Position numbers and translations under genes: made by a program. The notes under the pieces were generated by a model that worked only from the letters and a program-made list of their open reading frames with translations, searched no databases and was not told where the DNA came from. DNA of 64,000 nucleotides from an uncultured delta proteobacterium (GTDB lineage: Bacteria; Desulfobacterota; Binatia; UBA9968): NCBI GenBank assembly GCA_963816145.1, contig CAWFJP010000027.1, forward strand, positions 1-64,000. Direction: 5' to 3'. This document shows, piece after piece, positions 21,139 through 30,679 of the stretch. Numbering within the stretch: position 1 is the stretch's first letter; each line of letters opens with the position of its first letter.

Positions 21139-22864
21139 GCGCGCGCAATTGCGCCGTCGCTGCTTGATTGACGAGGAAATCGTTACCCGCGCTGTCGATC
21201 GCCACGCGATAAACTTGTCGCGCGCGCTCCTGGGTTACATAGCCGTTACGCACGTCGTTGAGGACCCGTTCGGGGTCGCGTTCCAGGGGGTTGCCGAGAC
21301 CGCCGCCGCCAGGGGTGTCGAGGCAAAAAACTTCGCCGGGGTGGAGGACATGGTCGGAGAAGCGCGATGGGATGGCCCGTTCGCTTGGCGTGCCTGGGTT
21401 CAAGACGCAGTGGCCGGTCTTGCCGTCCATGCCGCCGTCGATGCCCTTCGGCGCGACGGTGTGTTTGGTCGAGCGCAAGGAAAAGCGCGCGTCGTTATCG
21501 AGCACCTCGTACTCCCGGACAAAGCCTAAACCACCGCGGAACTTGCCGGGACCGCCGGAGTCGGCGATGAGCTCGAACCGTTTCAAACGGGTGGCGAATT
21601 CCGACTCGATGATTTCGATGGGAGCGATCCTGGCGTTCGATTGATTGACATTCGTTCCCGACACGCCGTCTTTGCCGCTGCGCCCGCCCGAGCCGCCGCC
21701 GAAGATTTCGTACTGCACGTAGCCTTTGCCGGTCTTGTTGCTGCGGCCGCCGATGATGATCGAGCGGCTGCTGCAGCCGTCGCCGACTTTTTTGTGCGGT
21801 GTGATCTGGCTCGACGCTTCGAGGAGAGATTCGACCAGCGCGTGGACGGTCGGATTGTAGGTGTTGACCGGCGCCGGGAAGATCGGGTTGACCACGCTGC
21901 CGTCGCGCACTTTGATTTCGATGCAGCGAGCCAATCCGTAGTTGATCGCCAGCGCTGGGTCGACCAGGCAGGTCATGAGATAGGCGCAGGCGGCGCGCAC
22001 GATGGTCGGGCGAATATTCGCCGGTCCCTTGGTCTGGTCGGCGCTGCCGGTGAAATCGAAGAGCAGCCGGTCACCTTTTTTCTCCATGCGCACATGCAAT
22101 CTGACGGGCTTGTCGAGCTCGATGCCATCGCTGTCGACGAAGCGCTCGCCTTCGCCGACGCCGTCGGGCCAAGAGGCGATCTCGGCGCGGACTTTGGCTT
22201 CGGTCAAGGCGAACAGCTCTTCGAACGATTGCAGGATCGTCTCCTTGCCGTAGCGCTCGATCAATTCTTGAAAGCGCCGCTCGCCCAAGCGTGCCGCGCC
22301 AACCTGGCCGCGCAGGTCGCCGACGACGAGCTCCGGGGTGCGGCTATTGGCGCCGAGCATGGCTTCGATATCTTTGCTGGTTTGAAACTTGTGAACGTAT
22401 TTGATCGGCGGGACATGCAGTCCTTCTTGGTAAATTTCCCGCGCCTGGCTCCAACAGCTACCCGGCACCGGTCCGCCAATGTCGCTTTTGTGCGCCAAGT
22501 TGGCGGCGAAGCCGACCCACTCGCCGTGGAAAAAGATCGGCGACAGCACCGCCATGTCGGGAGCGTGGGGACTGCCGCCGAGATAGGGATGGTTGGTGAT
22601 GAAGGCGTCGCCTTCGTGGACTTCGTCGGGCGTATAGTTTTTCAATATACCCGCAGCGCAAGCGGGAAAGGCGCCCATGTGCAGCGGCAGCACGACATGT
22701 TGCGCGACGACTTCACCTTGGCGATTGAGCAGCGCACAGCTGGCGTCCTGGGACTCGCGAATAATCGTCGAATAGCCGGTGCGGAAGAGCGAATTCTGCA
22801 TCTCCTGGACGATGCCGGCCAGGCGCGCTTGGATGACTTGCAGGGTAACGGGATCGACAGTCAT
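21116..22864 (-). CDS. Hydantoinase B/oxoprolinase family protein (copy 1)
   Basis: Same motifs as 19308-21041; near-identical N-terminus. Confidence 0.95.
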   Translation of the reverse strand: MTVDPVTLQVIQARLAGIVQEMQNSLFRTGYSTIIRESQDASCALLNRQGEVVAQHVVLPLHMGAFPACAAGILKNYTPDEVHEGDAFITNHPYLGGSPHAPDMAVLSPIFFHGEWVGFAANLAHKSDIGGPVPGSCWSQAREIYQEGLHVPPIKYVHKFQTSKDIEAMLGANSRTPELVVGDLRGQVGAARLGERRFQELIERYGKETILQSFEELFALTEAKVRAEIASWPDGVGEGERFVDSDGIELDKPVRLHVRMEKKGDRLLFDFTGSADQTKGPANIRPTIVRAACAYLMTCLVDPALAINYGLARCIEIKVRDGSVVNPIFPAPVNTYNPTVHALVESLLEASSQITPHKKVGDGCSSRSIIIGGRSNKTGKGYVQYEIFGGGSGGRSGKDGVSGTNVNQSNARIAPIEIIESEFATRLKRFELIADSGGPGKFRGGLGFVREYEVLDNDARFSLRSTKHTVAPKGIDGGMDGKTGHCVLNPGTPSERAIPSRFSDHVLHPGEVFCLDTPGGGGLGNPLERDPERVLNDVRNGYVTQERARQVYRVAIDSAGNDFLVNQAATAQLRAQALGNRQ

Positions 22865-22871
22865 GAATTTT

Positions 22872-22946
22872 TAGGCAACAGGCAATAGGCAACAGGCAAT
22901 AGTAAGAAATCCGGATGTTCTACTATTGCCTATTGCCTGTTGCCTC
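22872..22946. repeat. Inverted heptamer (AGGCAAT)n repeat
   Basis: TAGGCAACAGGCAATAGGCAACAGGCAATAG ... CTATTGCCTATTGCCTGTTGCCT. Confidence 0.85.
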
Positions 22947-25015
22947 ATGCCTTCTCCCTTATGATGATATTCCGATAGCCATCCACCGTCGCTTCTTGCT
23001 CGGGTTGGATGACCGTGGTGGTGTCCAGCTGTTCGACGATCGCCGGGCCGGAGATGTTGTGGCCGGGCTCGAACAGGTCGCGGTTATACACCTGGGTGGT
23101 GAGTACGCCGTGTTCCTTGCCGAAGTAGACTTTGCGGTCGCTGAGTTTAGCCTCCTCAACTTTGCGGCCGGTGACTTTGCCGGGCGATAGTTTAGCCTGC
23201 GGCACCAAGCCCAGTGAAATCAGCCGCAGGCTTACCAGCTCAACCGGCTCGCTCTCGGCTTTGTGGCCGGAGTTCTGCTCGTGCATGGTGTCGAAGCGCT
23301 GGCGCATCATCAGCAAGTCATGTTTGGTCAGCGGCGGCATCGAGCAAGGAACCGTCAGTTCGTAGCCCTGGCCGGCATAGCGCAGATCGAGATAGGGTTC
23401 GATCTTGATCTCTTCGTCGGCGAAATCCTTCGCTCCGGAGATCGGCATTGGCGCGCTCGATCAACTGGTGAAACATATGATTGATCTCGGTCAAATCGAG
23501 ATCGTCGAGGCCGACCAGCTTCGAGCGCACATAGTCATGCTTCACATCCGACATCAGCAAGCCCAACGCCGAGTGCACACCGGGCGTGAGCGGCACGAGC
23601 ACGGACGGAATCCCCAGATCCAACGCCATTCGGCCGGCATGCATCGGCCCGCCGCCGCCGAAGGCGACGAGGGTAAAATCGCGGATATCGTAGCCGCGCG
23701 CCGACGAAACGGCTTTGATCGCTTCTTCCATCTTGGCGTCGATGATTTTCAAAACCCCATCGGCGGCTTCGAGGAGATCGAGCTTTAACGGTTTGGCGAG
23801 CTTTTCCTCCAAGACGCGTTGCGCTTTCTCCTTGTCGAGCTTCATGCGGCCGCCAAGGAAATGGTTCGGATCGAGGACGCCGCACACCATGTTGGCATCG
23901 GTAACCGTGATGTTTTCACCGCCGCGGTTGTAACACACCGGGCCGGGATCGGCGCCGGCGCTGTCCGGGCCCACTTGCAGGCCGCCGACGGCGTCGATGC
24001 GCGCGATGGTGCCGCCGCCCGCACTGACAGTATGAATGTCGAGCATCGGCAAGGCGATGGGGCGCAGGTTGATCTTGCCTTGCGTGGTGATCACCGGATT
24101 GCCCTGATGAATCAGCGCGACATCGCAGCTGGTGCCGCCCATGTCGAAGGTGATGATGTTGTTGATGCCGACCCGCTCGCAGGTGCCCATGGACGCGATG
24201 ACGCCGCCGGCGGGGCCGGAAAGCACGGTCGCCACCGGTTTTTCCGCCGAACCTTTGAAGGTCGATACGCCGCCGTTGGACTGCATGATGTAGAGCTTCG
24301 GCGTGGTTACGCCCATTTCGCGCATGCGGTTTTCCAGGCGGCCCAGGTAACTGGCCATGACCGGCTGAATATAGGCGTTGATCACCGTGGTGCTCAGACG
24401 GTAGAACTCGCGGATCTGCGGCAACACTTCATAGGACAGCGACAGCCGCGCCTCGGGAAATTCTTCGGCGAAGAGTTCTTTGATTTTAAGTTCGTGGTCG
24501 GGATTCAAAAACGAAAACAAACAGCACACCGCCACCGACTGCACGCCTTTATTCTTGAGCCGGCGGATCGCCTGGCGCGAAGCTTCGACGTCAATCGCTT
24601 TGAGCGCATTGCCCTTGAAATCGACGCGCTCGGGAATCTCTTCGGTCAAATAGGGCGGCGCGAGCAAGCGCGGCTTCTCGAAGAACAGATCGTAGGTCGC
24701 CGGGCCGTAGCCGCGGGTCTGCTCCATGACTTCGTAAATGCCGCGGAAACCCTGGGTCACCATCAAGCCGGTCTTGGCGCCCTTCTCCTCGAGCAGCGCA
24801 TTGGTGCCGACGGTGGTGCCGTGGCAAAAAAACGAAATATCGCCGGCCGCGACGCCTTGATCGATTAGTTCTTTGACGCCGTTCAAGACCGCTTGAAACG
24901 GTTCCTTCGGTGTGGACGGAACTTTAGTGATGGTAATTTCGCCCGTGTCTTCGTTGAAGAAAACGAAATCGGAAAAAGTTCCCCCGGTGTCGACGGTAAC
25001 TCGGTACTTGGACAT
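22945..25015 (-). CDS. Hydantoinase A/oxoprolinase family protein with a +1 frameshift at ~23423-23425
   Basis: VDTGGTFSD, SGPAGGV, DMGGTSCD, AFGGGG in 23318-25015 and DLRYAGQGYEL, GPAIVEQLDTTTVI in 22945-23448. Removing one A of AAA restores SEGFADEEIKIE (689 aa). Confidence 0.9.
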
Positions 25016-25267
25016 AGTCCGTTCCGTCTACCATGTAATTTTCGCGCCTTCAATCGACGCTGTAATGTCGCAATTGCCGCCGCTTGAAACGTCGATGCCA
25101 ACGGTGCGATGCAGGGCATTGGGAACTGATTGACAGGTCGAACGAACTGGCATTACAAGCGGTATGAGAAATCGATGCATCATAAATAGCTGGCGATGAT
25201 GCCCCCACCTGTGTCCTCCGCCGACCCGGGGGAGGATGAAAGAGGGGGACACGCAGAGGAGAATTGA

Positions 25268-26350
25268 ATGGAGATCATCGACGCTGACGGCCATGTGAAT
25301 GATATCGCCGATCAAGAGGCGATCGCCAAGTATATGCCGGCGGGCAACCGCTCGTCGCAAATCTTTCCGGTGCTCGATCATCTGCATTTCAACTATCTGC
25401 GCCCGGAAGGGAATCGCGTCGCTTTGGAAAATCCCGGTCCAAGGGAATGGGTGCAATTCCTCGATCAAACCGGGATATCCTGCAGCGTGCTTTATCCCAC
25501 CTTCGGCCTCGCCGTCGGCCGCTTTGTCGCCGAGCATTGGGCGATCGCCGCTTGCCGCGCTTACAACACTTGGCTCTACGAAAAATTCACCAGTAAGAGC
25601 CCGCGGCTCAAAGGCATGGCGTTGTTGCCAATCCAGGATGTCGAAGCGGCGGTAGCCGAGCTGCACCACGCTGTCAAGGAGTGCGGCATGTTGGGCGGCA
25701 TGTTGCCGTCCAACGGGGAAGGAATCAAAGACCACCTTGGCGCCAAGGTGTACTGGCCGATCTATGAAGAAGCCGAGAAGCTCGGTTGTGCCCTGGCGGT
25801 GCATGTCGGTTCGCTGCACCATCTCGGCATGGATGGATTTAGCACCTACTACCCGGTGCATGCCCTCGGCCATCCGTTTGGCATTGCCATCCAAGCGGCG
25901 GGCTTGTTGGCCCATGGCATTTTTGAACGCTTCCCGAAGATCCGCGTGGCCTTTCTCGAAGGCGGCTCGACTTGGGTGCCGTTTTTTCTCGATCGCCTCG
26001 ACCGGTCGTATCACCCAAGCCATCTTCAAGTGGACTTGGACAATCAGCTCGTTGGTGGCCCCAAGGCCGGTGAGAAGGCGAGCGACTATATGCGTCGGCA
26101 GATGCGCGACGGCAGGATGTACGTCGGCTTTGACGTCGATGACGAGGGTCTGGGGTTCGCCGTGGAGAAGGCTGGGAGGGAAGCGTTCGTTTTCGGCAGT
26201 GACTTTCCTCATGAGGTGTTCAACGCCGAGAAATGCCGCCATGAGATTGATCAGTTGCTCGCGCGCGGCGATTTGAACGACACCGACAAAGCGGCTGTGC
26301 TGGGTGGCAATGCGCGGCGATTCTATGGCTTGGACACGAATAGCAGGTAG
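25268..26350 (+). CDS. Amidohydrolase_2 family protein
   Basis: IIDADGH, VLYPT, CRAYNTWL, FLEGG, FGSDFPH. Confidence 0.92.
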   Translation: MEIIDADGHVNDIADQEAIAKYMPAGNRSSQIFPVLDHLHFNYLRPEGNRVALENPGPREWVQFLDQTGISCSVLYPTFGLAVGRFVAEHWAIAACRAYNTWLYEKFTSKSPRLKGMALLPIQDVEAAVAELHHAVKECGMLGGMLPSNGEGIKDHLGAKVYWPIYEEAEKLGCALAVHVGSLHHLGMDGFSTYYPVHALGHPFGIAIQAAGLLAHGIFERFPKIRVAFLEGGSTWVPFFLDRLDRSYHPSHLQVDLDNQLVGGPKAGEKASDYMRRQMRDGRMYVGFDVDDEGLGFAVEKAGREAFVFGSDFPHEVFNAEKCRHEIDQLLARGDLNDTDKAAVLGGNARRFYGLDTNSR

Positions 26351-26399
26351 ATTGTTTGCGTTTTCAACGCGTCGTTGAGGATCTTTTTCCACCACGAAG

Positions 26400-26589
26400 T
26401 GATTCATGAGCTTACGCTCGTCCACAGAGTATGAAATTGCAGCCTCCCTGCACGCCGCCCGATTCGTCATGCCGGCGAAGGCCGGCATCCAGGGGCGGGA
26501 GGGGATGGATACCGGCTTTCGCCGGTATGACGGAACCTTCGTGCCAAGTCGTCGCCCGGATCATACCTGCACATGTATTTTCGATGGAG
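26400..26589. mobile_element. 190-bp IS110-like non-autonomous element (copy 2) inserted in a CACGAAG repeat
   Basis: Splits CACCACGAAG|GACACGAAAATCACGAAG; homologous to copies 1 and 3. Confidence 0.7.
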
Positions 26590-26734
26590 GACACGAAAAT
26601 CACGAAGGTCGGAGAGTTCTTCGTCCGCGCCCTCCGACATCCTCTCCCTTGACGGGAGAGCATTGAGGTGAGGGTGCTGATAAAAATCGATAGCGCGCGA
26701 AGCACAACCAATCTCTGAGTGGAGCAAAATTACG

Positions 26735-28192
26735 ATGAACAAAGAACAGCGCATGGAAGCAGCTTTCGATCTGCGGAAGTTCATTGACCAGGTCCGCTCC
26801 GACGGCGAACTCGAAGAAATTGCCGGTGCCCATTGGAATCTTGAGATCGGCGCGCTGACGGAATTGTTTGCCGAGCAGGTCTCGACGCCGGCGCTGCTCT
26901 TCGATGAGATCCCCGATTATCCCAAAGGTTTGCGTGTGTTGAGCAATGTGTTGTACTCGCCGCGGCGCCAGGCGCTGGCGCTGGGGGTGGCGCCGGAGCA
27001 GCGCGGCATTCCTCTTGTCCTGGAGATTAAACGGCGATTGGCGGAAATGAAGCCGCTGCCGCCGAGCGAAGTAAAAAGCGCGCCGGTGTTGCAGAACATG
27101 TTGGCGGGCAGCGCCGTTGACATCGGCAAATTTCCCGCGCCCCAGTGGCATGAAAAAGACGGCGGGCGATACATCGGCACATTCGACGCGGTGATCGCGC
27201 GCGATCCGGACAGCGGTTACGTCAATGTCGGCACCTATCGTGTCCAAATGCACGATCAAAATACCGTCGGACTGTGGATGATCCCCGGCAAGCACGGCAA
27301 TTTGATCGCGCAAAAATATTGGAGCCAAGGGAAAGACTGCCCGTTTCTGATCGCCTGCGGCGTGCCGCCATCGATGTTGCTCGCCAGCTCTCTCGGCATC
27401 CCCTGGGGCGTCTGCGAGTACGATTTTCTCGGCGGTTTGCTCGGCGAACCGGTGCTGGTGGTGACGTCTGAACTGACCGGCCTGCCGATGCCGGCCAATG
27501 CTGAAATCGTATTAGAAGGGTTTGCGCCGCCGCCGGAAAAGGTTTCCCACCCCGAAGGGCCGTTCGGCGAATGGCCCGGGTATTACGCGTCTGGCACGAT
27601 TGACCGGCCGGTGGTGAAAATTTCCGCGATCTATCATCGTGACGATCCGATCATCACCGGCGATCCGCCGCTGAAGACCTATCTCAACACAGATATGTAC
27701 AAGTACGTCCGGGCGGCCAACATCTGGTCTTCCATGGAGCGTGCCGGGATTCCCGATGTTCGCGGCGTCTGGTTCCCGCGCCAGGGACGCTTCGTCGTTA
27801 CCGTGGCGATACGCCAGCGCTATGCGGGCCACGCGCGCCAGGTTGGCCATGGCGTGCTGGCAACGCGGGACGGCGGACGCGACACGCGCTTAATCATCGT
27901 GGTCGACGAAGATATCGACATCACCAATTTCAACGAAGTGATGTGGGCGGTGGCGACGCGCTGGGACCCCAGGCGACAGTCGGAAATCGTCAGCGTGCCC
28001 GCTAGCGACCTGAATCCGACGCTGACGGCGGCGGAGCGCGCCGCTGGGGAGATGGTGAGCTCTTGCCAAATCATCGACGCCTGCCGGCCGTTTGCCAGCA
28101 AGGACCAATTCCCTGAAGTGAGCGGGGTGAGCCCGGAGTATAAGGCGAAGATCTTACAGCAGTGGGGCCATTTGTTTGGCAAAAAAGCGTGA
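26735..28192 (+). CDS. UbiD family prFMN-dependent (de)carboxylase
   Basis: DGGRYIGT, NVGTYRVQ, EGPFGEWPGYY, IVVDEDIDI, WAVATRWDP. Confidence 0.93.
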   Translation: MNKEQRMEAAFDLRKFIDQVRSDGELEEIAGAHWNLEIGALTELFAEQVSTPALLFDEIPDYPKGLRVLSNVLYSPRRQALALGVAPEQRGIPLVLEIKRRLAEMKPLPPSEVKSAPVLQNMLAGSAVDIGKFPAPQWHEKDGGRYIGTFDAVIARDPDSGYVNVGTYRVQMHDQNTVGLWMIPGKHGNLIAQKYWSQGKDCPFLIACGVPPSMLLASSLGIPWGVCEYDFLGGLLGEPVLVVTSELTGLPMPANAEIVLEGFAPPPEKVSHPEGPFGEWPGYYASGTIDRPVVKISAIYHRDDPIITGDPPLKTYLNTDMYKYVRAANIWSSMERAGIPDVRGVWFPRQGRFVVTVAIRQRYAGHARQVGHGVLATRDGGRDTRLIIVVDEDIDITNFNEVMWAVATRWDPRRQSEIVSVPASDLNPTLTAAERAAGEMVSSCQIIDACRPFASKDQFPEVSGVSPEYKAKILQQWGHLFGKKA

Positions 28193-28197
28193 GAGAG

Positions 28198-28270
28198 GAG
28201 ATCTCTCACTTCGTTCGAGATGACAGAAACGCATTCTTCCGTTGTCATTTCGAGCGCGGCGAGAAATCTC
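28198..28270. repeat. REP doublet of the same type as the 4927-5061 MITE cargo
   Basis: AGATCTCTCACTTCGTTCGAGATGACA ... TGTCATTTCGAGCGCGGCGAGAAATCT. Confidence 0.8.
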
Positions 28271-28319
28271 TCCGGTGTTTAGGTTAGTGAGTTGCACTAC
28301 AGATGAAAGGACTTGAACC

Positions 28320-29039
28320 ATGCTTACCAAAGAAGATGTCTTACAGGCGGTTGCCGAGTCGTGGTGGGAAGCCAAGCCGAAGATCATCGAGTTCGTCAAT
28401 CATCATCTCACCAAAGACGGGACGAGGATCTTTACGCCGGAGCATACCTACTTTGCGGCGCATTTCCCGCGCTGGTTCGGCAACGTCATCGCCAATTGCC
28501 CGGACCTCGGCCCGCGCTCCTACATGATCAGCAATATCTACGTTGAAGAAGTCGACGATCCGACGATTCACGACACCCATCATGGCAGCATGGTGACCTT
28601 CGGCGAGGGCTTGGGCATGACGCGCGAGGAAGTGCTCGGTCATGTGCCGAGCATACCGATGCGCATGGGCATCCACTACTGGGACAACATGAGCCGCACC
28701 CGGCCTTGGCTCGAAGGTTTCGCCGCGGTTGGCTCGTTGGAGCTGACCAATCACGGCGCGCTGGCGGCGCGCTACGGCGAGGTGGCGTTGAACGCGCGCA
28801 AGAAATGGGAACCGCTGGGACTCGATGGCAAATACTTGGTTCATTGGGAGGCGGCGGATGCCGCTGATCCAGGAGAGGGCGGTCATGCCGACCAGACTGT
28901 GCGCATACTCGCTCAGTACGCCAAGAGCGATGAAGAAGGCCGGCGCGTGCTCGAAGTTGTGCGCGAGAGCATCAGCGTGTTTCGCTTCATCTACGATCAC
29001 ATCGCCGAGCGGGCGATCGCCGCGGGAAAAACGCGGTGA
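28320..29039 (+). CDS. Heme-oxygenase-like (PqqC/TenA/CADD superfamily) iron-containing redox enzyme
   Basis: FPRWFGNVIANCPD, NIYVEE...H, FGEGLGMTREE, WLEGFAAVGSLE. Confidence 0.75.
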   Translation: MLTKEDVLQAVAESWWEAKPKIIEFVNHHLTKDGTRIFTPEHTYFAAHFPRWFGNVIANCPDLGPRSYMISNIYVEEVDDPTIHDTHHGSMVTFGEGLGMTREEVLGHVPSIPMRMGIHYWDNMSRTRPWLEGFAAVGSLELTNHGALAARYGEVALNARKKWEPLGLDGKYLVHWEAADAADPGEGGHADQTVRILAQYAKSDEEGRRVLEVVRESISVFRFIYDHIAERAIAAGKTR

Positions 29040-29112
29040 GCGGCGCTTTTGCCAAAAATAGGTGGATTGACTGATGCCGGCTCACAGGGAGATGATTTCA
29101 TTCACCACGAAG

Positions 29113-29312
29113 TGTTCATGAACTTACGCTCGCCTACAAAGTATGAAACTGCGGCCTCCCCTGCACCGCATGGCTCCTCCCTTGATTCGTCATGCCGACG
29201 CAGGCCGGCATCCAGGGGAGGTAGGGGATGGATACCGGCTTTCGCCGGTATGACGGAAACCCTATGTCAATTCGTCGCTGAGATCTTACTTGCACATCTG
29301 TTTTCTAAGGAG
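29113..29312. mobile_element. 200-bp IS110-like non-autonomous element (copy 3) inserted in a CACGAAG repeat
   Basis: Splits CACCACGAAG|GCACGAAGATCACGAAG; homologous to copies 1 and 2. Confidence 0.7.
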
Positions 29313-29407
29313 GCACGAAGATCACGAAGGAAAGAGAATCATTTTTTCCAAACTTCGTGTCCTTCGTGGTGCGCGTGAACCTAAAACGAAATGGTATCGT
29401 TGCAGCG

Positions 29408-30481
29408 CTACGCGGCCTGCACCAAAGCCCGGTAGTGGCCGGCCTTGGAAATCGGCGCTAATCCATTGACGATCACTTTCCAGCTGTCGCCCAAGTCTTC
29501 GCTGCAAAAAATTTCACCTGCGGTGGTTGCCGCGAAGATCGACGTTGCCGCGCCGGCTTCTTCAAGGCAGAACGCTTCGATGCTCGCTTGCAGGCGGTCG
29601 GGCAGGCCGTTCTTGAGAATCTCCCAGCTGCGTCCGCCGTCTTTGCTGCGCGAGATGCGCGCGCCGGCAAAGTGGGTGTTGCGCCAGGTGCCTGGCGCGT
29701 CGTGGGCAGCGGTCATGAAGATAAGCTTGGGATCGCTCGGGCGAAATACGAAACCATCCGGGTAGCCGCCGATGTCGTCTTCTCTACGGGTCCACTGTTC
29801 CCAGGCCGCGCCGCGTTGCGGGCCGGTGTAGAGACCGCGGCCGGTGACAGCAAACAAAAAATTTGCGTCGGTCGGGTGAATCATCAGCCGGTGGACGTCT
29901 TCGTAGAGGCCCGGGAACTCTTCCCAGTGCTCGCCACCATCCGCACTACGTAGTAAACCGCCGACCTCGATGGAGGCATAGATGGTGTTCGGATGCTCGG
30001 GATCGAAGTTGATATGTTTGACATGGCCGATATGGGGCGGCGCCGGAAAGCTCCACTTAGGCACGCTCGGCACCGCGCGCAGATTGGGCAGCTCGCGCCA
30101 TTGCACAGCCAAGTCATCGCTGACGAAAAGATGCGCCGGCTCGGTGCCGGCGAACACGCGCGGGCGGCCGTTGAAGTTTTGCGCCGCCAACGAGTAGACG
30201 TTGTTTTGGCTCATGCCGCCGTTGCGCGCTTCCCAGCTTTTGCCTTCGTCGGCGCTGGCCATGACGCCGCCGTGAAAGGCTCCGGCAAAAAGCAAGCCGC
30301 TCACGGGCTCGCGGATAATGGCGCTGATATGTTTGTCGGCGAGGGCGCGCGGGCCGATGCGCCATTCTGCGCCGTCGCGTTCGATCGTGACGACACCTTC
30401 GCGGGTGCCGACGAGAATTTGTTTAGAGGGAGTCGTGTTCGAATAAATCGTAGTTCCGCCGTGGGATAAGCCGATGGCCAT
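29408..30481 (-). CDS. BNR/Asp-box beta-propeller protein, no signal peptide
   Basis: Repeated SxDxGxxW (SADEGKSW, SADGGEHW, SKDGGRSW, SEDLGDSW); RBS AGGAGG before MAIGLSHGG. Confidence 0.85.
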   Translation of the reverse strand: MAIGLSHGGTTIYSNTTPSKQILVGTREGVVTIERDGAEWRIGPRALADKHISAIIREPVSGLLFAGAFHGGVMASADEGKSWEARNGGMSQNNVYSLAAQNFNGRPRVFAGTEPAHLFVSDDLAVQWRELPNLRAVPSVPKWSFPAPPHIGHVKHINFDPEHPNTIYASIEVGGLLRSADGGEHWEEFPGLYEDVHRLMIHPTDANFLFAVTGRGLYTGPQRGAAWEQWTRREDDIGGYPDGFVFRPSDPKLIFMTAAHDAPGTWRNTHFAGARISRSKDGGRSWEILKNGLPDRLQASIEAFCLEEAGAATSIFAATTAGEIFCSEDLGDSWKVIVNGLAPISKAGHYRALVQAA

Positions 30482-30679
30482 GGTTCTATCCTCCTGCTTG
30501 CTTCTCATCCGGGTAAGATGGCTTACCTTTCCACTTCGCTATTTTGCTGTCAAGTTCGATGAGTGGACGCGGTCCTGTCGATCAAGACGTTCGAATTATT
30601 CAAATCGCCGGAAACCGCCGCCGAAGTTTGACAGGGGCGATGGTTTAGGGGAATCTTCTTGCCAGAAGAGGTAAATGCC

